Positions 20,367-31,541 of a stretch of 64,000 nt of DNA are shown here, piece after piece. The DNA comes from Leptolyngbyaceae cyanobacterium. Lineage in GTDB: Bacteria > Cyanobacteriota > Cyanobacteriia > Phormidesmidales > Phormidesmidaceae. Location: the NCBI GenBank assembly GCA_965263355.1, contig CBDHHL010000032.1, forward strand, positions 1,024,001 through 1,088,000, given 5' to 3'. A model generated the notes under the pieces. It was not told the DNA's origin. It did not search any database and worked only from the letters and a program-made list of their open reading frames with translations. The position numbers and the translations under genes were made by a program. Position 1 is the stretch's first letter, and every line of letters starts with the position of its first letter.

Positions 20367-23300
20367 ATGGCTGAGTATCGATATCAAGTGGGCGGTAGCC
20401 TGCCGCCAGATGCACAAACCTACGTTAAGCGTGCGGCAGACGAGGAGTTTTACCAGGCGCTTAAGGCTGGAGAGTTTTGCTATGTGCTGAACTCTCGGCA
20501 GATGGGTAAGTCTAGCTTGCGGGTGCGGACGTCTAATCGATTACAGGCGGAGGGAGTGGCCTGTGCATCGTTGGATGTGAGTGGGTTGGGGACTACCACT
20601 ATCGAACCAGCGGAGTGGTACTTCGGCATTATGGATAGCCTGGTAGATCGGTTTGGCGTCGACCGACTGGATCCAACCTTTGACCTGGATGATTGGTGGG
20701 AGGAGAATCACAATCTGCCTCCGGTACGCCGATTTGGTAAGTTTCTGAGCCATGTGTTGCTGCGGACGGTGGACCAGCCCATGGTGATCTTTCTCGATGA
20801 AATCGACAGTGTCCTCAGTTTGGAGTTTGAGGCGGATGATTTCTTTGCCGTTATTCGAGAGTGTTTTAACAATCGGGCGGAGAATGCTGACTATAAGCGG
20901 CTGACGTTTGCACTGATTGGGGTAGCAACGCCGACAAATTTGATCCAGGCAAAAGAAAGAACGCCGTTTAATATTGGTCGAGCAATTCAGCTGACGGGGT
21001 TTAGCTTTGAGGAAGCGACACCGTTGTTGCCGGGGTTAAGAGATTGTGTGAGCGATCCGGAGGCAGTGTTGCGGGCGGTACTGCACTGGACTGGGGGACA
21101 GCCTTTTTTGGCTCAGAAGGTCTGTCAGCTAGTGATTCAGGAGGTGGAGCGTGCGGGGGAACAGCCTGCAGCGGATGAGCTAGTGGCCCAGGTGGTGCAT
21201 ACCCATATTATTGATAACTGGGAGATGCAGGATGAGCCGCCCCATTTGAAAACAATTCGGGACCGGTTGCGGGAGAATGTGCGGGCGGGGCAGTTGTTGA
21301 GCCTGTATCAGGAGATTGTTGAAGAAGGATATATCCCAGTAGACGGTAGTGCTAAGCAGATGGCGCTGCGGTTGTCGGGGTTGGTGGTGGAACGGGACAG
21401 CAAGCTGCAGGTGTATAACCCAATTTACCAGACGGTGTTTACCCAGGACTGGATTCGGGAGTCGTTGGCGAGTATTCGGCCCTATGGAGAGAAGTTGGAT
21501 GCGTGGGTGGCGGACCCTCAGGATAGTTTGTTGTTACAGGGGGAGGAACTGACGGATGCGCTGGACTGGTCGGAGACTCGTAGTTTGGGGAAGCAAGACT
21601 ATGAGTATTTGGTGGAGAGTCAGAAGCTGGGGTTGCGGGCAGAACTGGCGGCAGTGCAGGCGACGGTAGCGCAGCAGACGCAGTTGTTGAATACGAAGAA
21701 TAAGGCGATTCAGCGGGCGGATGATGAGTTGGCGGATGCAAAAGATGAGCTACGGACGGTGCGGAAGCGGACGCGACTGTCTTCGCTGTTGGGTGTCGGG
21801 TTGGTAAGTTTGGCCGTATTTGGAGCAGTTTTAACAGGGGCTCGGGCTACTGAAGCGATTGGCAAAGCACAAGATGCAGAAGAACAGTTAGTAGATACCG
21901 AGAAACAGCTAGTTGATGCAGAAAAACAGTTAACTAGCACTGCAACTCAGTTAACACGCCTAGAGACTAAGAACATTAGATTAGATAAAAGCAATCAGAA
22001 TTTAGCAAAAGAGAACCAACAATTAGAAGAAGTCAATAAACAGTCTGCAGAAGAGGTAAAAGCCGCAAAAGCAGAAACCCAAACAGCAAAGCAACAGGCC
22101 GAGACTATTCGTGGCCAGGTGGCAGGACTGAATCAGGATTTAGCCACTAAAAATAACCAGTTGGGTGATGTACAAACTCAGTTAACCGGAGCTGAGTCTG
22201 AATTGGGTTTACTACAGCAGAATGTTGGGGCATTACAACAAAGTGTCAGTCAATTAGAGCAAGAACAACTCGTTAGAAAAGACGAATTATTAGAAGCAAC
22301 TAGATTACGGAATCGTGCTGTAGTGCGTCGAAATCAAGTGCAAGAAGCCTTACGATTCTCGATTGGCACGCTGGGATTACAGCGGTTTAGAAACACTTTT
22401 TATGAGCTGGGTGGGCTGAGGAACGCAGTTGGATACTTAGAAGAGGGGCGAGAAAAAACTGAAAAGACTCAAGATAAGCGAGGAGAAAGCTATAGCCACG
22501 GTAATATAGGCGAAGTTTATAACATTCTTGGGCAGTACCCCGCTGCGTTAGACGCCCATGAAAAACATCTAACCATTGCCAGACAAATTCAAGATCGACG
22601 AGGGGAAGGACAGGCCCTGGGCAATAAGGGTGAGGTGCTTTATAACCAGGGTAAATATCCAGATGCTTTGGAGTTTCATCAACAGCATTTAACCATTGCC
22701 CGTGAGACGAAAGATCGGCTAGGAGAAAGTCAGGCACTGATGAACCTGGCACGGGTTTACTTAGCCACAGGCAATCCGAAAAAAGCACTGAACACTCACC
22801 AGGAGAGTTTAGATATTGCCATAGCAATTAAGGATCGACTGGGGGAAGGGCAAATCCTTGGCTATATGGGGGATGTGTATGACTTTCAAGGAGAGACGGA
22901 TAAGGCTCTGGAGAAATATGGTGAGGCAGTAGAACTGGCTAAAACTATTGGCGATAGCTTTGGTATGGCAGATGCTATGAAGAAGATAGCGGATATCCAA
23001 CGGCGTCGAGGTGAGCATAAAACTGCCTTGGTCACATATGGTGAGACTAAAGCTATAGCTGAACAAATTCAGGATGATAAGGGTTTAGGAGAGAGTCTAA
23101 AGGGCATAGGTCAAATCTACGCCGATCAATATAAGTATGAAGATGCACGGCAAAACTATCGTCTAGCCATAGATGAGTTTTTTGAAGTGGGAGACAAGGC
23201 CGGTGTGGGAGATATGCGGCTGACTATTGGGAGGTTATATGAGATTCAGGGGCAGTATGGTGAGGCATTGAGGGAATATCAACAGGCGTTGGATATTCAT

Positions 23301-24246
23301 CAATCAATTGATAATCGACGCGGGGAGGCAGAAAGCTTCAATAAAATTGGGAATACCTATTGGCGACAATCTCAATATTCAGAAGCTCTGGACTACTACG
23401 AACGAGCATTGGCTATTGTTCAAGAAATAGGTAATCGTTCAGGTAAAGGGACCACCCTAAACAATATTGGCATAGTCTATGACAATCAAGGGAAGTATGG
23501 TGAGGCCTTGGGGTATTACGAACAGGCCTTAGCGATTCGTCGGGAGGTGGGCGATCGCGGGCGGGCAGGCGTCACTCTCAGCAACGATTCGTCGGGAGGT
23601 GGGTCGAGCGGGCGAAGGCTCCACTCTAAACAACATGTCTACAATCAAGGGAAGTATGGTGAGGCCTTGGGGTATTACGAACAGGCCTTAGCGATTCGTC
23701 GGGAGGTGGGCGATCGCGCGGGCGAAGGCTTAGTCCACTCTAAACAACATTGGCGATCGCGCGGGCGAAGTCTATGACAATCAAGGGAAGTATGGTGAGG
23801 CCTTGGGGTATTACGAACAGGCCTTAGCGATTCGTCGGGAGGTGGGCGATCGCGCGGGCGAAGGCGTCACTCTCAGCAACATTGGTGCAGTCTATGATGA
23901 ACAAGGAGAAGATGAAACAGCGATAACTTATTACCAACAAGCTCTTTCCATCGCACAGGAACTAAATCTTCCTGCGACAACAGCGTATAGAACCTATCTA
24001 ATCGGTACCGTCTATGTCGAACTCGCTCGATATTCAGAAGCCCTAGATACCCTTCAACAGGCATTTTTCATAATGCAGGAGTTGGGTCAAGAAGATCGTA
24101 TGCAACGGGCTCAGCATTGGATGACCGATGCGCTCAATGGCATTCGGGATACTTCTGTGGGTGAGTATCAACAACAATGTCAGACGGTTAGCCAAGCTAC
24201 AGGCATTCCCCTGGCTGAGCTTTGTCCAGTGGAGGAGATACCGTAG
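20367..24246 (+). CDS. AAA_35 NTPase - TM helix - coiled coil - TPR array; frame broken in scrambled TPR copies at about 23570-23800
   Basis: [34 protein letters not shown]; hydrophobic [16 protein letters not shown]; 40-aa TPR units; ORF 23803-24246 continues the array. Confidence 0.8.
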
Positions 24247-24428
24247 GTTGTGGTTGAGCCCGCGATACCCAACATCGCCAACATTTATCGCCCCACGGCA
24301 CGTTTATAACATTATTTTTTGGGGTGTGAATTTGGACATGGGTGTCGAAGATATCGGTATTGTTGGGTTTCGCGGTTGGGAGATGCGGGTATGGAGCAAC
24401 AATTTTGGCCGCTCAACCGCAACCTACG
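24242..24428. repeat. GTAGG-type REP/MITE-like element, copy 1
   Basis: CGTAGGTTG...CAACCTACG terminal inverted repeat, internal CCCAACA/TGTTGGG. Confidence 0.65.
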
Positions 24429-24660
24429 AGGGATCGGTTGGGGGTTCGGGTTCTTCGATTATTTCGACTAATTCTTCGATGGAAACACCTAATACTTCGG
24501 CAATACGCATGACGGCTGGAATGTCTGCTGTGGCCATACCAGAAGACGCTGCATAGGTAGAAACCGTGGAATACGGAACATTCGCCTGTCGAGATAGTGC
24601 CCTAATGCCAATTCCTTTCTGCTTGGCAAATTCTCGAATACGTAATTTAAACAGACCCAT
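24424..24660 (-). CDS. XRE/Cro-C1 HTH regulator
   Basis: LSRQANVPYSTVSTY HTH, IAEVLGVSIEEL. Confidence 0.85.
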   Translation of the reverse strand: MGLFKLRIREFAKQKGIGIRALSRQANVPYSTVSTYAASSGMATADIPAVMRIAEVLGVSIEELVEIIEEPEPPTDPS

Positions 24661-24819
24661 TGCAGGCTTGACAAAATCGCAGACACGTCAATATGCTATC
24701 GATAGTCGAGTGGCCGAGTAGTCGGTCACTCGACCATTTCCCAAAAACAATCGCCCCCCGGCCTCAGAAACTGAAGGGCGACTGTGAAATTCAACCGAAA
24801 CCAAGTCGGAGATACCCCA

Positions 24820-25077
24820 ATGATATCAGTCCAACCGCCGCCCAGCACGGCGACAGTTCAACCTGCTTGTTTACAGCCCGCCAGTCTCAACGGCTATCAA
24901 GCCAGACTTCACCCCTGGTGCATTGTGCGCCTGCTGCCCAAAATGCAGCGCATCGTCGTCGGGCGATTTCGTAAGGGCAATGACGCCGATGACCATGTCA
25001 GGTCACTGAGGCATTTGATTCCTCACGGGCAGTTTATCGTCATGTTTGACCCTGGCGATTTAGCGCCTAGCCAGTAA
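24820..25077 (+). CDS. Small hypothetical protein of a family I recall from cyanobacteria
   Basis: LHPWCIVRLLP.MQR.VV.RFR..NDA motif; divergent from XRE gene; start uncertain (24784 or 24820). Confidence 0.7.
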   Translation: MISVQPPPSTATVQPACLQPASLNGYQARLHPWCIVRLLPKMQRIVVGRFRKGNDADDHVRSLRHLIPHGQFIVMFDPGDLAPSQ

Positions 25078-25116
25078 CTGTTCCCTCCAGGGAGGGTCTG
25101 CGGGGTGGGTCAAGCC

Positions 25117-25689
25117 CTACTCACCCCAGACTTCCCATACATACCAATTTGGATAGGACCATACCCAATAACCAGACATTCCTCGCTCACCACACCAGGT
25201 GCCCCCATCCCAATAACCATAGTCATGGTAGTCACCATAAGTACCCACATCTTCAGGACAGGTTAATACTTGAACCAGGCTCGTATATTTTCCAGCATCC
25301 GCATGAACCGGAACCACATCTCCCCAAACATACCAATCGGGGGCAGACCAGACCCAATACCCCGCCCGTCCCTGCTGACCACACCAGGTGCCGCCATCCC
25401 AATAGCCATAATTGTAATAATCACCGTAGGCAGCCGCATCTTCAGGACAGGTCAACACCTGCAACAAGTCTTGATACTCGTTATAGGCCGACGCCTCATC
25501 GGGAATTCCCTGGGTAAGTAGCACACCATCAGGAACCTGGCTGTCATAAAGAGATAATGCTGAGTCTGACGGAGTGGCCGCTTGAACCGACTGAGATAAT
25601 CCAGTCAGACTAATACCAGTCAGTAAGCCTGCCAAATATAGCAAGGAGAAAAATTTACGCGATCGCAAGCGTTGAGTTAAAAATATCAT
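25117..25689 (-). CDS. Secreted protein with tandem Trp/Tyr/Gly-rich Cys-containing domain
   Basis: Signal peptide ending VQA; two copies of LTCPED..YGDY..YGYWDGGTWCG..G..GYWVWS.P.WYVW. Confidence 0.8.
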   Translation of the reverse strand: MIFLTQRLRSRKFFSLLYLAGLLTGISLTGLSQSVQAATPSDSALSLYDSQVPDGVLLTQGIPDEASAYNEYQDLLQVLTCPEDAAAYGDYYNYGYWDGGTWCGQQGRAGYWVWSAPDWYVWGDVVPVHADAGKYTSLVQVLTCPEDVGTYGDYHDYGYWDGGTWCGERGMSGYWVWSYPNWYVWEVWGE

Positions 25690-25856
25690 TGAACGTCTGA
25701 AATCCTTGAAGTCCCATCACGCATCCAAGACATTCCAAAGCAATCAACGCCGTCGCCCCGTTGCCCCATATCTCAAATATCTTGGATACATAGTGAACGT
25801 TCCCCAAAGACTACCCCTGCTCACGTCAGCAACAATCAAGCCTGGAAACCAACAAA

Positions 25857-26213
25857 TCAGTGCTGGTGCGATCGCAACTCCACTGGCAGCGTAAACACTC
25901 CCGCATCATCATAGGTATCCTCATACACCTTCTGTACTGACGCCCAGGGCACCCGCCCATAAATATGAGGATATAGCTCCGTCCCCCCCGACGTATTCTC
26001 CACTCGAATCTCACAATCCACCAATGCCGGATCAATACTAAACAGCACTAACCCTTGCTGCCCCGCATAGTGGCGACGGCTCACCCCCATCACCTGATGC
26101 AAAAACGAACAGTGAATAAACCCTTCTGCGGCCAGATCCGCCGACTCAAAATAACCCTGCGCCTCTGCTGTCTGCACATCCGCTGCCGGAGCAATACGAT
26201 ATAGCATTTCCAT
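25857..26213 (-). CDS. DUF952 family protein
   Basis: EGFIHCS and YPHIYG motifs. Confidence 0.9.
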   Translation of the reverse strand: MEMLYRIAPAADVQTAEAQGYFESADLAAEGFIHCSFLHQVMGVSRRHYAGQQGLVLFSIDPALVDCEIRVENTSGGTELYPHIYGRVPWASVQKVYEDTYDDAGVFTLPVELRSHQH

Positions 26214-26418
26214 ACGGTGAGCCTCCTCTAAAAATTCAGTACAATTGCCTTAGTCTATAGTCCTCAAGGGCCACCCCTATGACAGCCCTAGTTACCAAAC
26301 CCATTGGCCAAGGACTTTTGAGGAGACAGTTTTAACGACTGTATAAAACCCTGGCTTTGACTTCGCCCAGGGTACGCTCGACTCTTTTTAACTCAAAACT
26401 AAGCACTCAAAACTCTCT

Positions 26419-27075
26419 ATGTGCGGTCGCTACACCCAAACCCACTCCGGCGCAGACCTGGCCAAAGCATTCCAGCTCACTACAGAGCCTGCCCCACCAC
26501 CACGCTATAACATTGCTCCCGCCCAACCCATCTCTGCCATCATCGCCGGGCGCGACTATCGCATTTTCCAATGGGGGCTGGTACCCTCCTGGGCCAAGGA
26601 CTACAAAATTGGCTATAAGCTGATCAACGCCCGCGCAGAAACTGCCGCTGAGAAACCCTCATTTCGTGCTGCCTTCAAACGTCGCCGCTGTTTGATTCCT
26701 GCCGACGGCTTCTATGAATGGCAGCGCACCACCAGTAACAAAAAGAAACAGCCTTTCTATATTCACTTAAGAGACAAAACTCTCTTTGCTTTTGCTGGAC
26801 TATGGGAGCAATGGGAAAGTGGCGACGGCAGCTACCTGGAGACCTGTACGATTCTGACAACAGAACCGAATGACCTGATGGCACCAATTCATAACCGGAT
26901 GCCGGTGATTATTTCTGAGGCTGACTATGACCGCTGGCTGACAGCATCCCCTACCCAGGTAAAGGGATTAATGAAACCTTACAATGCTGACGATATGGAG
27001 GCTTACCCGGTCAGCACATTGGTGAATAGCCCCAAAAACGAAGTACCTGACTGTATTGCTCCTTTGGAGAGTTAA
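26419..27075 (+). CDS. SOS response-associated peptidase (SRAP, YedK/HMCES-like)
   Basis: MCGRY, YNIAP, INARAET, GFYEW, HNRMP. Confidence 0.95.
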   Translation: MCGRYTQTHSGADLAKAFQLTTEPAPPPRYNIAPAQPISAIIAGRDYRIFQWGLVPSWAKDYKIGYKLINARAETAAEKPSFRAAFKRRRCLIPADGFYEWQRTTSNKKKQPFYIHLRDKTLFAFAGLWEQWESGDGSYLETCTILTTEPNDLMAPIHNRMPVIISEADYDRWLTASPTQVKGLMKPYNADDMEAYPVSTLVNSPKNEVPDCIAPLES

Positions 27076-27278
27076 TTTGTAAACCCTTCATGGGAAAAGG
27101 TATACTCATTATCTTCATCGCATGGGCCGTGTCACCTTACATTTGAGGGGATTTGAGCACTCCAACCAACATCCTTACAGGGGAATTTCGTGTTTGAAAT
27201 TGCAAAGTCGGACTATTATGTGCTTCGTGTAAACCACGTCCAATTGGTGGTAATACTAGCGAACCTGTAACGAAGCGC

Positions 27279-28436
27279 ATGACTGGAAAGCGGACACAGC
27301 GATTTTTATCTATCTTTGCCAGTGTGGTAATTGGCATTTTGTTTTTAGTACCGGTTGCGTTGGGCCAAGCTAAGAACAACGTGCCGATCGAAAAACTTGA
27401 ACAACAGCAGGAAACGATCCAGCAACAGCAGAAAGACCTGGAAGCAGAACAAAATCGACTACAAAATTTAGAAAGAGAAGCGGCTGCGCAACTGGACGGA
27501 CTCCAGGACAGTATTACGGTTACTAACCTCAAAATTGAGGAAACTGAGTTTCAAATTTCTGAGGCTCAAAAGCGCCTTAAGCGATTAGAAAATGACCTCA
27601 CCACGGCGCAAGAGGAATACGAAACAGTGCGACTTGGGGCAGTAAAACGGCTGCAGTTTATGCAACGGCAAAAGGATGCAGAGGGCTGGGCAGTCCTGCT
27701 TAAAAGTGAGAATTTGAATGAGTTTCTAGAGCGACGTTATTTGCTTGGCAAGATATACCAGGCGGATAGTACCTTTCTGACAGAACTGCAGGAAAAGGCT
27801 GATCTGATTGTCAGACAGCAACAGGGGGTAGAAGCTCAGAAAAATTCGATTGCCCTGTTGCGGCAGCAATTGCTGGCCCGCCGCGATCAGTATGAGGCCC
27901 AGGCAGATCAACAAACTCAGCTAATTACTCGGCTAAAGGATAACAGCAACGCGTTGGAAGCAGCCCAGGCTCAGCTAGCACGGGATTCTGAAAGTTTAGC
28001 TAATCTGATTCGTCAGCGGATAGCTGCTGCTGCCAATAGCAGGGTATTGGGTTCGGGCCAAATGAGCTTCCCTACAATAGGACCGATTACGAGTGGCTTT
28101 GGCTCGCGCTTTCATCCTGTCTTGGGTTATCGACGGTTTCATGCGGGGGTGGATTTTGGTGCGCCCTACGGTACCGGCATTAGGGCAGCTGATTCAGGTA
28201 AGGTAATTTTTTCAGGTTGGTATGGTGGCTATGGTAATTCTGTAATTATTGACCATGGTGGTGGTTTGACTAGTTTATATGCCCATGCCAGTAGACTGAA
28301 TGTGCGTGAAGGCCAGGGGGTGACAAAAGGTCAGTCCATCGCAGCAGTGGGCTCAACGGGGCTTTCAACCGGGCCACATTTACACTTTGAGGTGCGTCGG
28401 AATGGTAATCCAGTGGACCCTATGGGATTTTTATAA
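27279..28436 (+). CDS. Coiled-coil + M23 peptidase (EnvC-like)
   Basis: Signal peptide, long coiled coil, HAGVD, YAH, TGPHLHFE. Confidence 0.93.
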   Translation: MTGKRTQRFLSIFASVVIGILFLVPVALGQAKNNVPIEKLEQQQETIQQQQKDLEAEQNRLQNLEREAAAQLDGLQDSITVTNLKIEETEFQISEAQKRLKRLENDLTTAQEEYETVRLGAVKRLQFMQRQKDAEGWAVLLKSENLNEFLERRYLLGKIYQADSTFLTELQEKADLIVRQQQGVEAQKNSIALLRQQLLARRDQYEAQADQQTQLITRLKDNSNALEAAQAQLARDSESLANLIRQRIAAAANSRVLGSGQMSFPTIGPITSGFGSRFHPVLGYRRFHAGVDFGAPYGTGIRAADSGKVIFSGWYGGYGNSVIIDHGGGLTSLYAHASRLNVREGQGVTKGQSIAAVGSTGLSTGPHLHFEVRRNGNPVDPMGFL

Positions 28437-28516
28437 AGGTTTACGGTTAGACGATAGGTTGCGGTTAGGCTGGTGAGTGGCAAAGCGAGAATAGGTAATG
28501 ATGGGTTGTATAAACA

Positions 28517-29242
28517 ATGGCTGATGTCTACAGCAAGCTCAGCCGCCTGATGCCTCTAGTCATTGTCATTATTGGATGCCTTGTCTCGATCGAGGCGGCT
28601 CTGGCAGACACCACACCAACAAATCAGCAATTGGATACTGAACTCGATCTAGAACCGGGGACGGTAGACAGCAGTCCAGTTTTGCAGGAATGGCTGCAGG
28701 AAACCCCCGATGTACTGAGTAACATCCGCCATGGGCCTAGCTTTCCTACACGGCTACAGTTGAGCTATGCCCTATTTCCATCTAGCCGCGATCAGCGTGG
28801 TCTGGCCATTGGCATTGAAGATGTGTTTGTCGGGGATTTACCTCTAACCATCAATGCTGACTATGCTGCTAATTTTGATGGCGAGGAGAATGATCGGGAA
28901 AGCTACGGGGCTCACCTGCGATATTATGTGCTGCCCTTGGGAGGCTATGTAAATGTGGCTCCGATTGTGGGGTATCGCCATGTGGAGGCGGTGGACTATA
29001 GCGAAAGTGGTGTACAGGCTGGGTTTCAGGTGAAGGTGATTCCTTCGCGGGGGGGCGGAGCTGATTTTGCCTATACGCAAACGTGGGTGAGTCCGACGGA
29101 GGATGACTCGGTGATGATTACCCAGTTGGAGTTTGGATATGGTTTGACGGAACACCTGCGGTTAGCGACGGATGTGGAGTGGCAGTTTGCCCCAGGGGCG
29201 ACGGATAGTCGATTGGGAATTGGTTTGGAATGGATGTTGTAG
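28517..29242 (+). CDS. Secreted hypothetical protein, probable outer-membrane beta-barrel
   Basis: Signal peptide, amphipathic beta strands, C-terminal LGIGLEWML. Confidence 0.65.
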   Translation: MADVYSKLSRLMPLVIVIIGCLVSIEAALADTTPTNQQLDTELDLEPGTVDSSPVLQEWLQETPDVLSNIRHGPSFPTRLQLSYALFPSSRDQRGLAIGIEDVFVGDLPLTINADYAANFDGEENDRESYGAHLRYYVLPLGGYVNVAPIVGYRHVEAVDYSESGVQAGFQVKVIPSRGGGADFAYTQTWVSPTEDDSVMITQLEFGYGLTEHLRLATDVEWQFAPGATDSRLGIGLEWML

Positions 29243-29253
29243 CCCCCCAATGT

Positions 29254-29280
29254 TAGAGACGTTCCATGGCACGTCTCTAC
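29254..29280. repeat. Short dispersed palindrome family (also about 30022-30048 and 62220-62247)
   Basis: TAGAGACGTTCCATGGCACGTCTCTA here; ATAGAGTCGTTCCATGGAACGACTCTAT at 62220. Confidence 0.7.
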
Positions 29281-29289
29281 TATTGGTTT

Positions 29290-29994
29290 TTATAATTTGG
29301 CGGATAATTTGACGGCGAGGAGGGCGGCCTGGGTGCGATCTCGCACCCCCAATCGGCCCAAAAGCCGCGTCACATGGTTCTTTACCGTGCCCTCTGACAA
29401 AAATAACGCCTCGGCAATCTCACGATTATTAGCCCCGGTGCCAATTAACCGCAGCACATCTTTTTCTCTGGGCGTTAGCTCATCAAACCCTTCCGGTACC
29501 TCCACCTCAGGCTGCTGCTGTCGGTCGAGCATCTTTTCTAAAATGCCAGGGCCAAACTGACTGTAGCCTTTGGCAACGGTACGAATGGCCTGGGCCAGTT
29601 CTTCTGAAGGGGTATCTTTGAGCAGATAGCCTTTGGCACCGACGGCCATGGCCTGGGCAATCAGGTCGTCGTCATCGAAAGTGGTGAGCACCAGGACCTG
29701 GATATGGGGGTATTGGGTTGCGATCGCACCCGTCGCCGCCACCCCATCCATCACGGGCATCCGCATATCCATCAAGACCACCGTCGGTAACTGGTTCGTC
29801 AGGGCTAGCTGGCCTAACAGGGTCAGAGCCGTTTCGCCATTGTCTGCATCCCCAACAATCGTAATATCCTCTTCCAAATCCAACAGTGTCTTCAATCCTT
29901 GGCGGATAATCTGCTGATCGTCCACCAGCATCACAGGAATAATGGCTGAATTGTTTTGTTGTTGAGAAGATTGATTCATTGGTCTATTATCCAC
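29290..29994 (-). CDS. NarL/LuxR family response regulator
   Basis: LVDD, MDMRMP, LTTF, GYLLKD, LTPRE, LSEGTVKNH. Confidence 0.95.
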   Translation of the reverse strand: MDNRPMNQSSQQQNNSAIIPVMLVDDQQIIRQGLKTLLDLEEDITIVGDADNGETALTLLGQLALTNQLPTVVLMDMRMPVMDGVAATGAIATQYPHIQVLVLTTFDDDDLIAQAMAVGAKGYLLKDTPSEELAQAIRTVAKGYSQFGPGILEKMLDRQQQPEVEVPEGFDELTPREKDVLRLIGTGANNREIAEALFLSEGTVKNHVTRLLGRLGVRDRTQAALLAVKLSAKL

Positions 29995-30059
29995 ACCTCA
30001 TCACCTATTTTCGTTCTTGTTGTAGTGTGTTCCATGGAACGCCCCCACAACAATATCCG

Positions 30060-31295
30060 CTATCTCGGAACGATTAATCGGATCTCACACCCTTCTCCTG
30101 GTCGGCTATTCACCGTCAAATTTCCACCAATTGCCTGGGCCCGTTCACGCATTCCTTGTAAACCAAATCCTGTGGACGTTTGACTCATATCAAAGCCACG
30201 CCCATTGTCCTTTAGCAATAGTCTCGTCCCCTGGTCATCCACAATTAAAGTAAGCTCCACAGCCGTTGCCTCAGCATGTTTAACAATATTAGTAATCCCT
30301 TCTTGCACCAGGCGATAAAGCGCCATACTGGTAGCCTCGGGCAATGGGGTTAAAAGCTGCAGATTAATATTGGGAGTAATATCAGTACTGGCTTTTAAGG
30401 TATCGATCAGGGTATTTAGTTGACTATGGAGAGAGTTTTGTCCAGACTCTTTCTCCCGGAGTGTGGCCACGGACTGCCGGACATCTTGAAGCGCAACTGA
30501 CCCCAAGCGTTTGGCTTCTGCTAGTAATGCCTGAGACTTTTGAGGATCCCGTTGTGAAAGCTTTATCGCCCCTTCCAGCTGAATATTAAGTGCCGTCAGC
30601 GAATGGCCCAAAGAATCATGAATTTCACGGGCTATGCGGCTACGCTCCTGAGCGGTTGCTAGCTGTTTTACCTGAGCTGCAGAACGCTGCAGGTCTTGAT
30701 TCGCCTTTTGCAACCGATTTTGTATTGTTCTTTCATTGAGCAAGGCATTAACTAATAACAGTGTAAACACCAGCGACAGACCAAAGAAAACAATCAAGTT
30801 CATCTGCAGGCTACCGATTAAGTGGCGAATCGGTCGAGGAAGACGTCCATCGAGCACTCTAAATTTCAGCCCCAGGGTGGTCATAAATAATAAAAAGGCT
30901 AAGGCCGTCACCGTCACTCGCCCCATCAGCCCCACCATTAAACAACTGCGAATGACCAACACCAGATAAATAAACGGAAACAACCGTGAGCCCCGCAGCA
31001 TCAGCCCCGATGTCACTAAAATTAAGACCACCTGTAGGGCAATATGGCCCAGTCGTTGCCAAAACCCCTTAGTCGGCAAATACAGACCCAACAAACCAAA
31101 CAACAGCAGACAACCTACCGTAAACAAAGGCCATTGGGTAAACACACGCACCGGTACATTGGGTCCCCCACGTCGCGCTAGCTCTCGCAGCGGTGGAGCG
31201 GTCAAAATACCGGTAATTGACACCGCCAGCAAGCCCCACTCTAGATAGAGCAAAAATCGAAACGGATGATTGTGGAACTGAATGGTGCGGGTCAT
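30060..31295 (-). CDS. HisKA_3 membrane sensor histidine kinase
   Basis: ERSRIAREIHDSLGH, QEGITNIVKHA, DNGRGF, GFGLQGMRER. Confidence 0.95.
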   Translation of the reverse strand: MTRTIQFHNHPFRFLLYLEWGLLAVSITGILTAPPLRELARRGGPNVPVRVFTQWPLFTVGCLLLFGLLGLYLPTKGFWQRLGHIALQVVLILVTSGLMLRGSRLFPFIYLVLVIRSCLMVGLMGRVTVTALAFLLFMTTLGLKFRVLDGRLPRPIRHLIGSLQMNLIVFFGLSLVFTLLLVNALLNERTIQNRLQKANQDLQRSAAQVKQLATAQERSRIAREIHDSLGHSLTALNIQLEGAIKLSQRDPQKSQALLAEAKRLGSVALQDVRQSVATLREKESGQNSLHSQLNTLIDTLKASTDITPNINLQLLTPLPEATSMALYRLVQEGITNIVKHAEATAVELTLIVDDQGTRLLLKDNGRGFDMSQTSTGFGLQGMRERAQAIGGNLTVNSRPGEGCEIRLIVPR

Positions 31296-31541
31296 GATCG
31301 GGAGTTGGGAAACGAGGGAATTTGGGCATCAACTTAAGCCGAAAAATCTCGACTAGGCCTGAATTCGGAAGTCAGAATAAGTCCTCTGAACGACCTAACG
31401 GTATGGCAGTCAGAAAGGGAGAGTATTCCGTAGAGCTTTGCTCTTCTCGCAGAGTACTCCGAATTCCGAACTCCACATTTTATAAGGGAAAGGCATGCCG
31501 AACTTCGAACTCCAACTTGCAATATAGCGCCCTATCCCACT

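Noticed and set aside
23480..23885. CRISPR array or DGR template/variable repeat pair
   Set aside because: Repeats are coding TPR units; no unique spacers, no cas or reverse transcriptase gene, no adenine-specific variation
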